Source of the DNA: Malacoraja senta
Lineage: Eukaryota
NCBI GenBank assembly: GCA_038087875.1
Contig: CM075992.1
Span: forward strand, 12,774,001-12,838,000
Length of the DNA stretch: 64,000 nucleotides
Direction of reading: 5' to 3'
The notes beneath the pieces were generated by a model. It did not search any database and was not told where the DNA came from. It saw nothing but the letters and a program-made list of their open reading frames with translations. Below, one piece after another: positions 1-11,146 of this stretch (position 1 is the stretch's first letter; every line of letters starts with the position of its first letter). The translations under genes were made by a program, and so were the position numbers.

Positions 1-112
1 AAACTGGAGCTCCCGGAGAAAACCCACGCGGTCACAGGGAGAATGTACAAACTCCGTACATTCAGGATATCTAGGCAGGCAGTAACTCTACCACTGTGCC
101 ATTGTACCACCC
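1..112 (-). mobile_element. tRNA-derived V-SINE (HE1-like) fragment
   Basis: Contains ccggagaaaacccacgcggtcacagggagaatgtacaaactcc, which matches the copy at 6425-6735 and the reverse complement of the copy at 17440-17745. Confidence 0.7.
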
Positions 113-115
113 TAA

Positions 116-1368
116 TATAGAAACATAGAAACATAGAAAGTAGGTGCGAGAGTAGACCACCAGGCCCATCGAGCCCGCACCGCCATTCGCTCATGGCTGA
201 ACACTAAACAGACACCCTTACCCACAAACAGTAGACACAAGACACAGAACACAAGACACTACCCTCCCCTTTATATCGCTATCACCCCTCTCCACCCCAA
301 GAACCGCGTGATCTCCTGGGGGAGGCAAAAAACCGGATAAAAACCCAGGTCCAATTCGGGAAAAAAATCCGGGAAATTCCTCTCCGACCCCAATCCAGGC
401 GATCGACACTTGTCCAGGAGATCACTCAGGTCTTACTATACTAACCATACCTAGGTCCATATCCCTGCCCTCTCCCCGTAGCCCCTTATCCCCTTGGCAG
501 CTAAAAAAACATCTATTTTAGACTTAAATATATTTAATGTTTCTGCTTCCACTGCTCCCTGGGGCAGTGAATTCCATAAATTAACCACCCTCTGGGTGAA
601 GAAGTTCTTCCTCATCTCAGTTTTAAAAGAGCCCCCTCTTATTCTACAACTATGTCCCCTAGTTCTAGTTTCCCCGATCATTGGGAACATCCTCGGTGCA
701 TCCACCCGATCAAGGCCCCTCACGATCTTATATGTTTCAATGAGATCGCCTCTCATTCTTCTAAACTCCAAAGAGTAGAGTTCCAGCCTACTTAACCTTT
801 CCTCATATGTCAATCCCCTCATTGCAGGAATTAATCTTGTAAACCTTCGCTGCACTGCCTCCAGGGCCAGTACATCCTTTCTTAAGTATGGACCCCAGAA
901 CTGTACACAGTATTCCAAATGTGGTCTCACTAATACTGTGTACAGCTGCAGCAAGACCTCCGTGTTTTTATACTCAATCCCCCTAGCAATAAAGGCCAAA
1001 ACTCCATTGGCCTTCCTGATTGCTTGCTGCACCTGCATACTAACTTTTAGTGATTCATGTACTACTACCCCTAGATCCCTTTGCGTTGCATTACAACGTA
1101 GCTCCACCTCATTTAGAAAATAACTTGCCCTATCATTTTTTTCCCCAAAGTGAATGACTTCACATTTATTAGTATTAAATTTCATCTGCCAAGTTGTTGC
1201 CCACTCACCTAGCTTATCTATATCCTTTTGCAGACTCTTCCTATCCTCCTCATCCCCTACTTTTCCTCCCATTTTTGTATCGTCCGCAAATTTTGATATA
1301 TTACACTTGGTTCCCTCCTCCAAATCATTTATATAAATTGTGAACAACTGGGGTCCCAGCACCGACCC
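116..1368 (-). mobile_element. 5'-truncated CR1-clade LINE (C-terminal RT, 3' UTR, (TTTCTATG)n tail)
   Basis: ORF 451..1458 carries GSVLGPQLFTIYINDL, KFADDTK, LVRPHLEYCVQFW and RVVNLWNSLP. Homology starts at ~1368 and the frame is open to the stop at 451. A (aaacatag)n tail lies at 116-140. Confidence 0.93.
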
Positions 1369-1510
1369 ACATGTATAGTGACGATAGTTTCTCTGGGTAT
1401 CTGCGTGTGTGTGTCTCTGCCCACCGTATATGACCAGTGCTGCCTGTCTATGACACACTCTGCTACCACCCAGTGCTGCCCACTAACCTGACTGTTGCCA
1501 TTGTCTTTAG

Positions 1511-1746
1511 GTGGTGTGCGGCCTGATTGCAGGCTGTTTGCATTACCTCTTCCTCGCCGTCTTCGTCTGGATGTTCCTGGAGAGTTTGCAGCTTTTCATC
1601 ATATCCAGACACATCACCGTCACAAACTACAGTCGCACGCACGTCATCAAACGAAGATACCTCTACGTTTCCAGCTACGCCGTGCCTGCTGTGATAGTCG
1701 TTATCTCAGCAGCAATAAACTCCAAAGGCTACGGATCGGAAAATCA
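1511..1746 (+). CDS. Adhesion GPCR (ADGRE/EMR/CD97-like) exon, TM3-TM4
   Basis: Acceptor tctttag|GTG, donor CA|gtgagt, 236 nt. Encodes VVCGLIAGCLHYLFLAVFVWMFLES...YAVPAVIVVISAAINSKGYGSEN, the family-B2 LHYxFLxxFxWMxxE and GYG motifs. Confidence 0.93.
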
Positions 1747-2403
1747 GTGAGTAACAACTTCTGGGCAGGAATGTTTCAGTGGGATACGGGCCAAACGCTG
1801 GCAGGTGGGACTAGGGTAGATGGGGCAGCTTGGTCAGCATGAGCAAGTGGGGCCGAACGACCTGTTTCCATGCTGTGTGACTCTATGCCTCTGATATGGA
1901 AATGTCACTGCTCTATAGCTGATTTATTCCAACACAGTGAGAGGCCATTTGGTCCATTGGATCCATGCAAGCTCCCAGCAGACTGATCGCAGCAGTCCCA
2001 TTGCCCCTCTCCTTATCTCCCTGCATCTTATTCTCTCAGTAACTCTGACTCTTTTCCCACCCACCTACACTGAGGGGGAATTCACCGCAGCCCGTCACCC
2101 CCCCCCCCCCCCCCCCTCATCTTTAACAACTCCAAAGACGTACAGGTTTGTAGGTTAATTGGCTTGGTTTTAAATGTAAAATTATCCCTTATGTGTGCAA
2201 GATAGTGTTATTGTACAGGGATTGCGGGTCGGTGCGGACTCGGTGGGCCGAAGGGCCCGTTTCTGCACTGTATTTCTAAACTATACTAAACTATACAAAA
2301 CAGTGACCCTGTGTGTGTCAGTGCCAGCTCACAGCACTGAGCCTTCCACAAGTACCTCATGAGCCAAGTGTGAGTCAGTAACAAAACTCTTTCCTCCTCA
2401 CAG

Positions 2404-2470
2404 CTGTTGGCTGAACCTGGAGTCGGGCTTCCGCTGGAGTTTCCTGGGGCCGGTCTGCCTGGTGATCGTG
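2404..2470 (+). CDS. Adhesion GPCR exon, ECL2-TM5 start
   Basis: Acceptor ctcctcacag|, donor |gtaagc, 67 nt. The phase-2 join (CA+C = His) gives HCWLNLESGFRWSFLGPVCLVIV (CWL...WSFLGP motif). Confidence 0.93.
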
Positions 2471-2552
2471 GTAAGCTTCTCCCCGGTGACTCCCCCCAAC
2501 CCAACAACACTTCACTAAACACGTCGCTGCTTGCAGCTGGTGGCAACTCCAT

Positions 2553-3057
2553 GGAGTCATAGAGTCATAGAAAGATAGTGTGTGGAAACAGGCCCTTCGG
2601 CCCAACTCGCCCACACTGGCCAACAATGTCCCAGCTATCCTACTCCCACTTGCCTGCGCTTGGTCCATAACCCTCCAAACGTGTCCTATCCATGTACCTG
2701 TCCAACTATTTCTTAAACGATGGGATAGTCCCAGCCTCAACTATCTCCTCTGGCAGCTTGTTCCATACACCCACCTGTGTGAAAAAGTTACACGTCGGAT
2801 TTCTATTTAATCTTTTTCCCTTCACCTTGAACTTAAGTCCTCTGGTCTTTGATTCCCCTACTCTGGGCAAAAGACTCTGTGCATCTACCCAATCTATTCC
2901 TCTCATGATTTTATATACCTCTATAAGATCTCCCCTCATCCTCCTACGTTCCATGGAATAGAGACCCAGCTTACTCAACCTCTCCCTATAGCTCACACCC
3001 TCTAGTCCTGGCTACATTCTCATCAATCTTTTCTGAACCCTTTCAAGGTTGACAATG
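2553..3057 (-). mobile_element. Degraded CR1 3' fragment
   Basis: ORF 2706..2996 reads LSKLGLYSMERRRMRGDLIEVYKIM...WNKLP. A (gagtcata)n tail lies at ~2553-2570. Confidence 0.85.
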
Positions 3058-4785
3058 GTTCACCAGAACGCTGCCTGCATTAGAGGGGATTAGCTACAAG
3101 GAGAGGTTGGACAGACTTGGATGGTTATCCCTGGAATGACAGAGGTTGAGGGGAGAACTGATAGAAGTATATGAAATTATGAGATACATAGATAGGGTAG
3201 ACAGTCAGAACCTTTTCCCAAGGTAGAAATGTCAATGACTAGAGGACATAGCTAAAGGTGAGAGGGGCTAAATATAAAGGAGACTAAACCAAGTGCAGAC
3301 CCGTTGGGTCTGTTCCCACAACATGTGGTTGCGGGGGATGGGGGAGGCTGGGGGGGGGGGGTCGACATGCGGCGTCACACACACTAACTACCTCCCGCAC
3401 ACACGCTAACTACCCCCCTTGATATTAGATTAATATAATTAATTTGCTCCTTTTACCCCATAACCACCCTATCCACTGACACATAGCCCGAACTCGCAGG
3501 CGCGTCTAGAGATGTAGGGGGGGGGGGTAGAGAGTGAAAGCAGAGAGAGAATGAGAAGAGACAAAGAGAAAGGGGCAGAGACAGAAGGGCAAGAGACAGA
3601 GGGAGAGGGGTGGAGGGTAGGAGGAGATGGCGGGTGGGGGAGGAGGGTTGAGAGAGATGGGAGGAGAGAGAGGGGATGAGAGAGAGGGGGAGAGAGGGAG
3701 AGAGGGGGCTGAGAGGGAGGAAGGGAAGGGGGGAATGGAGGGGGAGAGGTGGGGGAAAGGGAGGGGAGGGAGGGGATGGCGTGGAGGGTAGGGATGCATG
3801 GGAGGGGAGGAGGAAGGGCAGGAGGGAGATGGGGTAGAGGAGAGAGGGGGGAAGAGTGTGGAGGGAGGGAGAAGGGGTGGGAGAGGGGGAGGGGGAGGGG
3901 AGGGGGGGGTGGGCCATCTATTCCCCACTCCCTATCACCCCCACTCCTCTCGCTCTATTCCCACACTCTCCCTCCTCACCTCCCCATTCCCCCCTCTCCC
4001 TCCCTACTCCCTCCTCTCCCTCAATCCCCTCACTCCCCCTCTTCACCTCCCCAGGATCTCGCCTGTCCTCCGGATCTGCAGAACTTGCTCGTTCACAGAG
4101 AGGAACACAGACAGGGAGGAGTCAGAGAGCCAAATGCCAGCGGGGTCGGGAGGGGGGGGGGGGTGTTGACGTAACTCGGCCTCGCAACGCCCGCAGCCGT
4201 CGATGATTGCCAGCTGACAACAGCCCTTTAAAGCCGCTCAGGCAAGACGCGTTCACCCAGGAGCGAGCGAGCGATCACAGCAAAGAAGCACCGGCTTCTG
4301 ACTCTCCCACAGCTGGAATGAGTGCGCAGGGGATGGGATGGGATGGGGCGCAGACGGGCGGGGCTTCACGGGCTGCACCGGCTGTGAGGAGAAAGTAACG
4401 GGACGGAGCTGTAGAACTAAGGCCTGTCTCACGGGTATGCGGTTACTGGCGGTGTAGCAGGAAGTTGGGACCGCTCGTGGACCGCCGCGCTTCACCGCCA
4501 GTAACCGCCTGCCCGTGGGACAGAGCCTTTATCAGGAGAAATTCAACGCGTGAGGAGTCGCTGCCCCGAGATCTGTAGAACAAAGAAGCTACAGTGGAAG
4601 CAGCTGTAGAATCTTTGTTCTGCAGAACTTCCTCGATATTTTTGCGCCTTTTCCTGGGAAATAATTGAACAAGGAGTGGATTTCTGAACATAAGATAAAT
4701 CCCTATCGGATTGTAAAAATCTCCGCGTTTCTGTGTCTGGTTTTCAAGGAGATACGTAGCAAAGGAAAAAGTCTGTACACACACC

Positions 4786-4817
<32 letters not shown>

Positions 4818-5050
4818 ACACACACACCACACACACACCACACCACACACACCACACACACACACCACACACCCACACACCCACACACACACACACAGAG
4901 TTTTAAAAGTATATAGATGAGTGGGTTGTTATTTTACACAGAGGGTGTTGGGTGCCTGGAACGTGCTGCCAGGGGTGGTGGTGAAGGCAGATAAGGTAGT
5001 GATGTTTAAGAGTGGTTTAGATAGGCACATGGATATGTGGGAAATGGATA
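3058..5050 (+). mobile_element. Degraded CR1 3' fragment interrupted by a Helitron (3284-4917)
   Basis: The CR1 sequence ...aaatataaaggaga (3283) continues as tgagtgggttgttattttacacagagggtg... (4918). Confidence 0.8.
3284..4917 (-). mobile_element. Non-autonomous Helitron-type element
   Basis: On the minus strand it begins TC(tatatac) at 4917 and ends TTAG (a CTAG variant) at 3284. A 7-bp hairpin (cagaccc-gtt-gggtctg, 3296-3312) sits just inside the 3' end. It is inserted between A and T with no TSD. The interior holds purine/pyrimidine tracts and (CA)n at 4803-4897. Confidence 0.85.
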
Positions 5051-5254
5051 TACAAGAGGAGAACGTTGCTGGGGAGAGGTGAGGGCCGGCAGAGTCTCGG
5101 ACAGAGGGGGAGAGGGTCACGGGGAGCGCTGTGGAGCGGTGAGGTGAGAGAGTGTGTGGGGGGCAGCGGGAGAGACTGGAGGGCACCGGAGGGAATTGCG
5201 TGTCGGATGTGGCGGATGCCGGCCTCAGGAGACTCTGTTTCTCTCCCTTTCCAG

Positions 5255-5346
5255 GTCAACACTGTGCTGCTAGCTTGGACGCTCTGCATACTGAGGGAAC
5301 ATTTTGCCTCACGCAACAAGGAAGTGTCGAAGCTCAAAGAAACCAG
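5255..5346 (+). CDS. Adhesion GPCR exon, TM5-ICL3
   Basis: Acceptor ccctttccag|, donor AG|gtacgt, 92 nt, phase 0 in and phase 2 out. Encodes VNTVLLAWTLCILREHFASRNKEVSKLKETR, an ADGRE-type (N/S)xEVSxxxxTR loop. Confidence 0.9.
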
Positions 5347-6424
5347 GTACGTGGAGCAGAGAACATAGAACGGTACAGCACAGCAACAGGCCCTTCAGCC
5401 CATCATGTCTGTGCTGACCACGATCAACGTTGCATCTCATCCCATCTGCCTGCTTGTGGTCCATATCTCTCCATCCTCAGCCTGTTCAAGAGCCTGTCTG
5501 AATGTCTCTTAAAGATGACCATAGTAACTGCTTCCACCTCCTGTCCTGGCAGTACAGTCCAGGCCCCCATCACTGTGTAAAAACAACTTGCCTCTATCTC
5601 CTTTAAACATTCCCCCTTACACTTTAAACCTATGCCCTCTAGCATTTGACTCCCCCCCCCCTGAGAATAAAACTCTACCCACCTTACGTGTAGGAAGGAA
5701 CTGCAGATGCTGGTTTAAATTGAAGATAGACACAAAATGCTGGAGTAACTCAGCGGGACAGGCAGCATCTGTGGAGAGAAGGAATGGGTGACGTCACCAT
5801 TTATTCCCTCCACAGATGCTGCCTGTCCCGCTGAGTTACTCCAGCATTTTTTGTCTATCTACCCACCTTATCTTTGCTTCGCATCATTTTACGTTTTTCT
5901 ATCGCTCATCCCTCAGCCTCAGTCATTCAGGGGAACACAATCCCAGTTTGTCCAACCTCACCTTGTTGCTGAATCTCTCTGATCCAGCCAACATTCTGGT
6001 GAACCTCTCAAATCTCCTTTAACTTTTACCCTCTGTGCATGAAGCCATGCCCTTTGGTATGTGAGATTGCCACCCAGAGAAAGTATCCATCTTCTTTATT
6101 GACGCCCCTCATAAATTTATATATTTCTCATCAGGTCACCCCTTAGCCTCCGACATTCTGGAGAAGGCATTCCAAGTTGTTCCAAACTCTACTTACAGCT
6201 CAAACTCTCTAATCCTGGCAGCGTTCTGGTGAATCTTTTCTTCCCCCTCTCCAAATCCACCACAAACTTCCTGTGAACTGGTGACCAGAAATGCAGGCAA
6301 TGGTCCAAATGTGATCCCTGGTGACTGGGCTGAGGGACGGCAGGGTCCCAGGGTGGGTCTCTGTCCATGGTGCTGATCTCTGACCATGGTGACAATGGAA
6401 GTGGGGAGGGAAGCTGGATTAGTG

Positions 6425-6735
6425 TACAGATACAGCTTGGAACCAGGCCCTTCGGCCCACTGACTCCATGCTGACCATTGATCACCCATTCACACTAGTT
6501 CTATATCATCCCACTTTCTCATCACTCCCTGCACACTTGGGGCAATTTCCAATTAACCTATAAACCCACACGTCTTTGGGGTGTGGGAGGATACTGGAGC
6601 ACCCGAAAGAAACCCACGTGGTCACAGGGAGAACGTTCAAACTCCACATGGGCAGCACCCAAGATCAGGATCAAACCCGTGTTTCTGGCGTTGGGAGGTA
6701 GCAGCTCTACCAGCTGCAATTCTGTGCCGACCCTT
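6425..6735 (-). mobile_element. V-SINE (HE1-like) copy
   Basis: CR1-like 3' tail (caggcccttcggccca), the central ggtcacagggagaacgttcaaactcc segment, and a degenerate tRNA head (caggatcaaaccc = reverse B box). Confidence 0.75.
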
Positions 6736-6963
6736 AAGTCAGGATCAATTTCTTCATGATGATGTTCCCATTGACCTGCACAGGAAGAGGCCCTTCGGCC
6801 CACAATATCTGTGCCAATCAGATGATTATATGAAAGATGCACTGATTTTATAACTTGCTGTTGGGTGTTCAGAATACCCCAAGAGTATGAAATATCCCAC
6901 ATGGAATGAGTTTCTTCATGACAATGTTCCCATTGACCTGCTCTCTTCCCTCCTTGTGCACAG

Positions 6964-7132
6964 AACCCTGACCCTCAAGGCTGCCGCACGGATGCTTATT
7001 TTGGGAAGCACCTGGATCTTGGGAATATTCCAGGTGGATGAGAGTACCATGGTGTTGTCCCACTTGTTCACCGTCATCAACAGTCTACAGGGGCTGTTTG
7101 TTTTCCTCATTTACTGCGTCTTCAACCGCCAG
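6964..7132 (+). CDS. Adhesion GPCR exon, TM6-TM7
   Basis: Acceptor tgtgcacag|, donor CAG|gtgagg, 169 nt, phase compatible with the previous exon. Encodes TLTLKAAARMLILGSTWILGIFQ...LFTVINSLQGLFVFLIYCVFNRQ (LGxTW and NSLQG motifs). Confidence 0.93.
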
Positions 7133-7429
7133 GTGAGGAGAACCTCCGCAGAGAAACCTTCCCTCCTCTGATGCTGCTCTTTGCACTCTGACACGGCTGT
7201 GGTCAATGTTCACACCATCTTTCAATGACCCATGGACTGGGAGCAAGAATCGCCCACTTGCTCCTTCACATTCCCTCCGCCATTTAATAAGACCAGGCTG
7301 ATCTGATTGTGATCTCTCACCTTCGTTCCCATCCACCCTCGATCACCCTTCACCCCATCCTGATCCAGAAGCTCTCCATCTCTCTGGGAAGGTTTTCCAA
7401 GTGCCTGCTCCCACTGCCTTTTGAAGCAG

Positions 7430-8685
7430 ATTGGTAGTGTTTTGGATGGTGAGGAGGGTAGTCTCAGACTACGGACAGATATTGATCAGCTGCTGAGGTG
7501 GGCAGACCAAAGGCAGATAGAATTTAATCCACAATAAGTGTGATGTGTTTTGGGAGAGGATGTTACCAGGACTTGGGGGGCTGTGCTATAGGGAGAGGTT
7601 GAGGAGACTAGGACTATATTCCTTGGAGCGCAGGAGGATGGGGGGTGATCTGATAGAGGTGTACAAACTCATTAGAGAAGTTGATTGGGGAGATGCACAG
7701 AGACTCTTGACCAGAGTAGCGGAATCAACAACCAGACGATATAGGTTTAAGGTGAAGGGGGAAGATTTAATACAAATCTGAGGGGTAACATTTTCACACA
7801 AAGGGTGGTGGGTGTATGGAACAAGGTGCCAGAGGAAGTAGTTGAGGCAGGGACTATTGCAGGTTTAAGAAAGAAGTAGACCGGTACATAGATAGGACAT
7901 TAGAGGGATATGGGCCAAACGCAGGCAGGTGGGACCAGTTGGTCAACGTGTGCAAGTTGAGCCGAAGGGTCTGTTTCCACCCTGTATGACTTTATGACTC
8001 ATAATGGCAGGATACACATGAATGATGGAGTATTCAGGGACAGAGAGACCTTGATGTATGAGTCCTTAGTCCACTGAGGGCCACAACACAGGTGTGTAGG
8101 GTGTATCTTCATTGGCTGCCACCTTCATAGGCTGGGACAAAGAATATAAGAGCAAGGATGGTATGGGGCAGCTTTATAGAGCACTGGTGAGGCCACGTCT
8201 GGAATATTGTCAGCAATTGTGGTCACCTCAGTCTAGAAATGACATGATTGCTCTAGAGATGGAGCGGAGGAGATTCAACAGCACGTTGCCCAGAGTGGAG
8301 CGTCTCAGTTATGGACGGAGACTGGGTTTGTGTACTTGGAGAGTAGAGGACTGAGGGGGGGACTGAGAGAGGTGTACAAAATGATCAGGGGCAAGGATAG
8401 TATTAAATCTCCCTCACAGCAGAGATGTCCGTTATCGGAGGGCAGAAGTTTAAAGGTATGGTTTGGAATGGATATAAGGAAGAAAGTTTTCACTCAGAGT
8501 GGGTTCGAGTTTGGAGCCACTGCCTGAGGAACTGTGGACACACGGACTCTCACAAATTTTAGACAAACACTTGAATTGCCAAGGCATAGAAGGCTACAGG
8601 CCAAGTGCAGTTAAATGGGATCAGTATTGATAGTTACTTGATTGTCAGCACGGAGTGGATGGGCCGAAGGCCCTGTTTCTCTGCG
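7430..8685 (+). mobile_element. Cluster of degraded CR1 RT/3' fragments
   Basis: ORFs 7545..7781 (LGLYSLERRRMGGDLIEVYK) and 8112..8354 (LYRALVRPRLEYC); gggccgaagg-type 3' ends. Confidence 0.8.
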
Positions 8686-8936
8686 GAAGAACTCTGACTG
8701 AAGAGAGATCCAGAGAATCACGACCCTGTGAGAGAAAATGATGGACAGGCCAATCCCAATGGAGCTGGTAAGAAGAGGAAGCATCTTGGAGACTCGCTCC
8801 TGAGTGAGTGATCCCATGGAGATGCTAACAGCAGAAGCCACTTGATAAGTGTAAACTCTCACTTGACTTTGGGACAAAGCGCGTTGAACGGTTGGAAGTT
8901 TTTTCCATGGGTTGAAATATTCCCATTTTGTTGAAG

Positions 8937-9023
8937 GTGGCGACTGAATGTCAGAAATGGTTGACCAGAAAGCACAAGAGTTTCACCATCGAATCCTCAC
9001 AGATTGAGATGAACTCGACTGAG
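8937..9023 (+). CDS. Adhesion GPCR exon, helix 8 / C-tail
   Basis: Acceptor cccattttgttgaag|GTG, donor GAG|gtaaga, 87 nt, phase 0. Encodes VATECQKWLTRKHKSFTIESSQIEMNSTE, which resembles the VxxExxKW helix 8 of ADGRE proteins. Confidence 0.75.
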
Positions 9024-9149
9024 GTAAGAAGCTTTATGCGGAAACACAGAAATTCTCAGCAGGTCAGGCAGCGTCTGTGGAGAGAAAAACCAAGTGAAAG
9101 ACTCCGGTCGATGATCTCACATCAAAGTAATCAAGAATCGGTCAATCTC

Positions 9150-9500
9150 CAGAATAAAAATATGCATTAACTTGGCCTCCACAGCCGTCCATGGCAATGA
9201 ATTCCCCAGATTCACCACCCTCTGACTAAATAAATTTTTGATCTCCTTTCTAATGGTATGTCCTTTTTTTCTGAGGCTATGGCTTAGTGCTGTTAAACGC
9301 TCATCATATGTTAGCCCAATCATTCCTGGGATCATTCTCGTAAACCTCCTCTGGACCCTCTCCAACGCCAGCACATCCTTCCTCAGATATGGGGCCCAAA
9401 ACAGCTCGCAATACTCCAAATGTGGTCTGACCAGTGGCTTATAAAGCCTCGGCATTACATCCATCCTTATTAAGCCTCAGCATTACATCTCTGTCCCGTT
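9150..9500 (-). mobile_element. Degraded CR1 fragment
   Basis: ORF 9117..9464 reads LYKPLVRPHLEYCELFWAPYLRKDVLALERVQRRFTRMIPG. Confidence 0.85.
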
Positions 9501-9894
9501 GTTGATTCCCAGTAGAAGATGCCCTATAGTGGCCATCTCCAACAAGTCCACATTCATCCGCTGAGCCCTGACATTTAATCACATTATCATTGTCGAATCC
9601 CCCTCCATCACGTCCTGGGGAGTCACCACTGGCTGGAAACTCTGGTAGATTAATAAGCAGGGTGAACAGAGGATCCTTAGGTCCAAGATAGACACAAAAA
9701 GCTGGAGTAATTCAGCAGGACAGGCAAGCATATCTGGAGAGAAGAAATAAGTGATGTTTCGGGTCGAGATCCTTCCTCAGACAGAGTCGGGGGAAAGGAA
9801 ATGCATCAGGTTTCATGAGGTCCATGAGGTTGATCTCAACTGTGTGTTGCTAAGAATGAGGCAAGTCATTGCAATCTCATTTTCCTTTATCCAG

Positions 9895-9912
9895 ACTTAT
9901 AAAACGACATAA
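9895..9912 (+). CDS. Putative terminal coding exon of the adhesion GPCR (TYKTT*)
   Basis: A strong polypyrimidine acceptor (ctcattttcctttatccag|) gives ACT TAT AAA ACG ACA TAA in phase 0, followed by non-repetitive UTR-like sequence. There is no homology support. Confidence 0.45.
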   Translation, partial: TYKTT

Positions 9913-10605
9913 GCGGAAGGTTCCAGACTCAAGGACAAGATTTATCTCAGTGGATTTTCCTCCTTTCATGCTCACTCAGTCGTTCCCCATCTCGCTCTGC
10001 TTTCCACCCCGAAGATTATGGATTGAAGTCACGCTCCAGTGGTGGGAGATTTACGTTTCAGGACTGCTCGCTCCTCCAGAGTTATTTGGCTCATCCTGGG
10101 CTTGTGAAAAGACACTGTAAAATGTAAGGCAGTGTCTGCAAGTGAGCTGATCAGGGAATGTGTGGATGAGCATTGGCTTTTGTGCATGTGACCACAAATA
10201 TATTTCTGGACTTTTGCTCATTTTCCAAGTTTTGCCCAACCATCCCGTGTTATTCAGCATTATTCCACTGGGGCAACATTGGTTGGCATCTGATCTGAAG
10301 TCAATGTCAGACCAGATTTGGACTTGACCTTATCCCAAACGTTGCAAACACAAGTGTGGACTGGTGCATGTGCACGGTCCAGATACACACAGATCATGTA
10401 CACATGTGTACACCACATACTAACAGATGTAACACACCTGCAAAACAGATCAGGACAGAACGTGGACATGTACACAATTCATAGAGTACACAGACACAGG
10501 TACACACAAAAACAGACATGCACACACATGCATGTACATATAGACACATACACTCACAGATGTGCACATACTCAGACGCACTCGCAGACATACACGCACA
10601 TGCAT

Positions 10606-11146
10606 GGGCCGATTGGACCGATTTCTCCCAATTGGGCCCCGCGCCTAAGGGGGCCCCGTGTTAATTTTTCGTATTTCATACGGAAATACAAATTCGCTTT
10701 GTTAAATAAAGATTAAAAAAGAAACACTCGCCATACTGATTTTTTTACAAAACGAACATGGATAACAACCGCTGCACGACCATCAGACACAAACGATTTG
10801 TTAGCTACTACTGTTAGCACTTATTAACAGCCAGTAGTTAACAAGTAGTTATACAATGTGTAATCAATGCATCGATCCACATTCCTCAGTAAATGTAATT
10901 GTGTTTTGAACAAGTATTAATGACGCTGCGTTCCTTTGAATACAATTCACGCTGCGTCATTAATACTTGTTCAAAACACAATTACATTTACTGAGGAATG
11001 TAGATCGATGCATTGATGACACATTGAGAATTTCTTAAAGCTCACCATCATGATTGAGAGTTTCTTCTTGGTGAGCTTCTTGGTGTGCAGCAGGTTAGTC
11101 ACTCAATTTACCTACCGACCCAAGTTGTGTCTGTCTTTCGCTCTCC
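10606..11146 (+). repeat. Left arm of ~540 bp inverted repeat (DNA-transposon end) containing a 73-bp-arm hairpin
   Basis: Reverse complement of 15579-16135, e.g. gattggaccgatttctcccaattgggccccgcgcctaagggg versus cccttaggcgcggggcccaattgggagaaatcggtccaatc. Confidence 0.88.

Noticed and set aside
1369..1458. N-terminal 30 aa of the 335 aa ORF as a real start of an RT gene
   Set aside because: It is chance open frame in flanking intron beyond the CR1 5' truncation point.
9063..9170. Alternative last GPCR exon VRQRLWREK...
   Set aside because: It lies in a Penelope-derived repeat remnant and runs into a CR1 fragment, with a poor pyrimidine tract. Exon 8937-9023 fits better.
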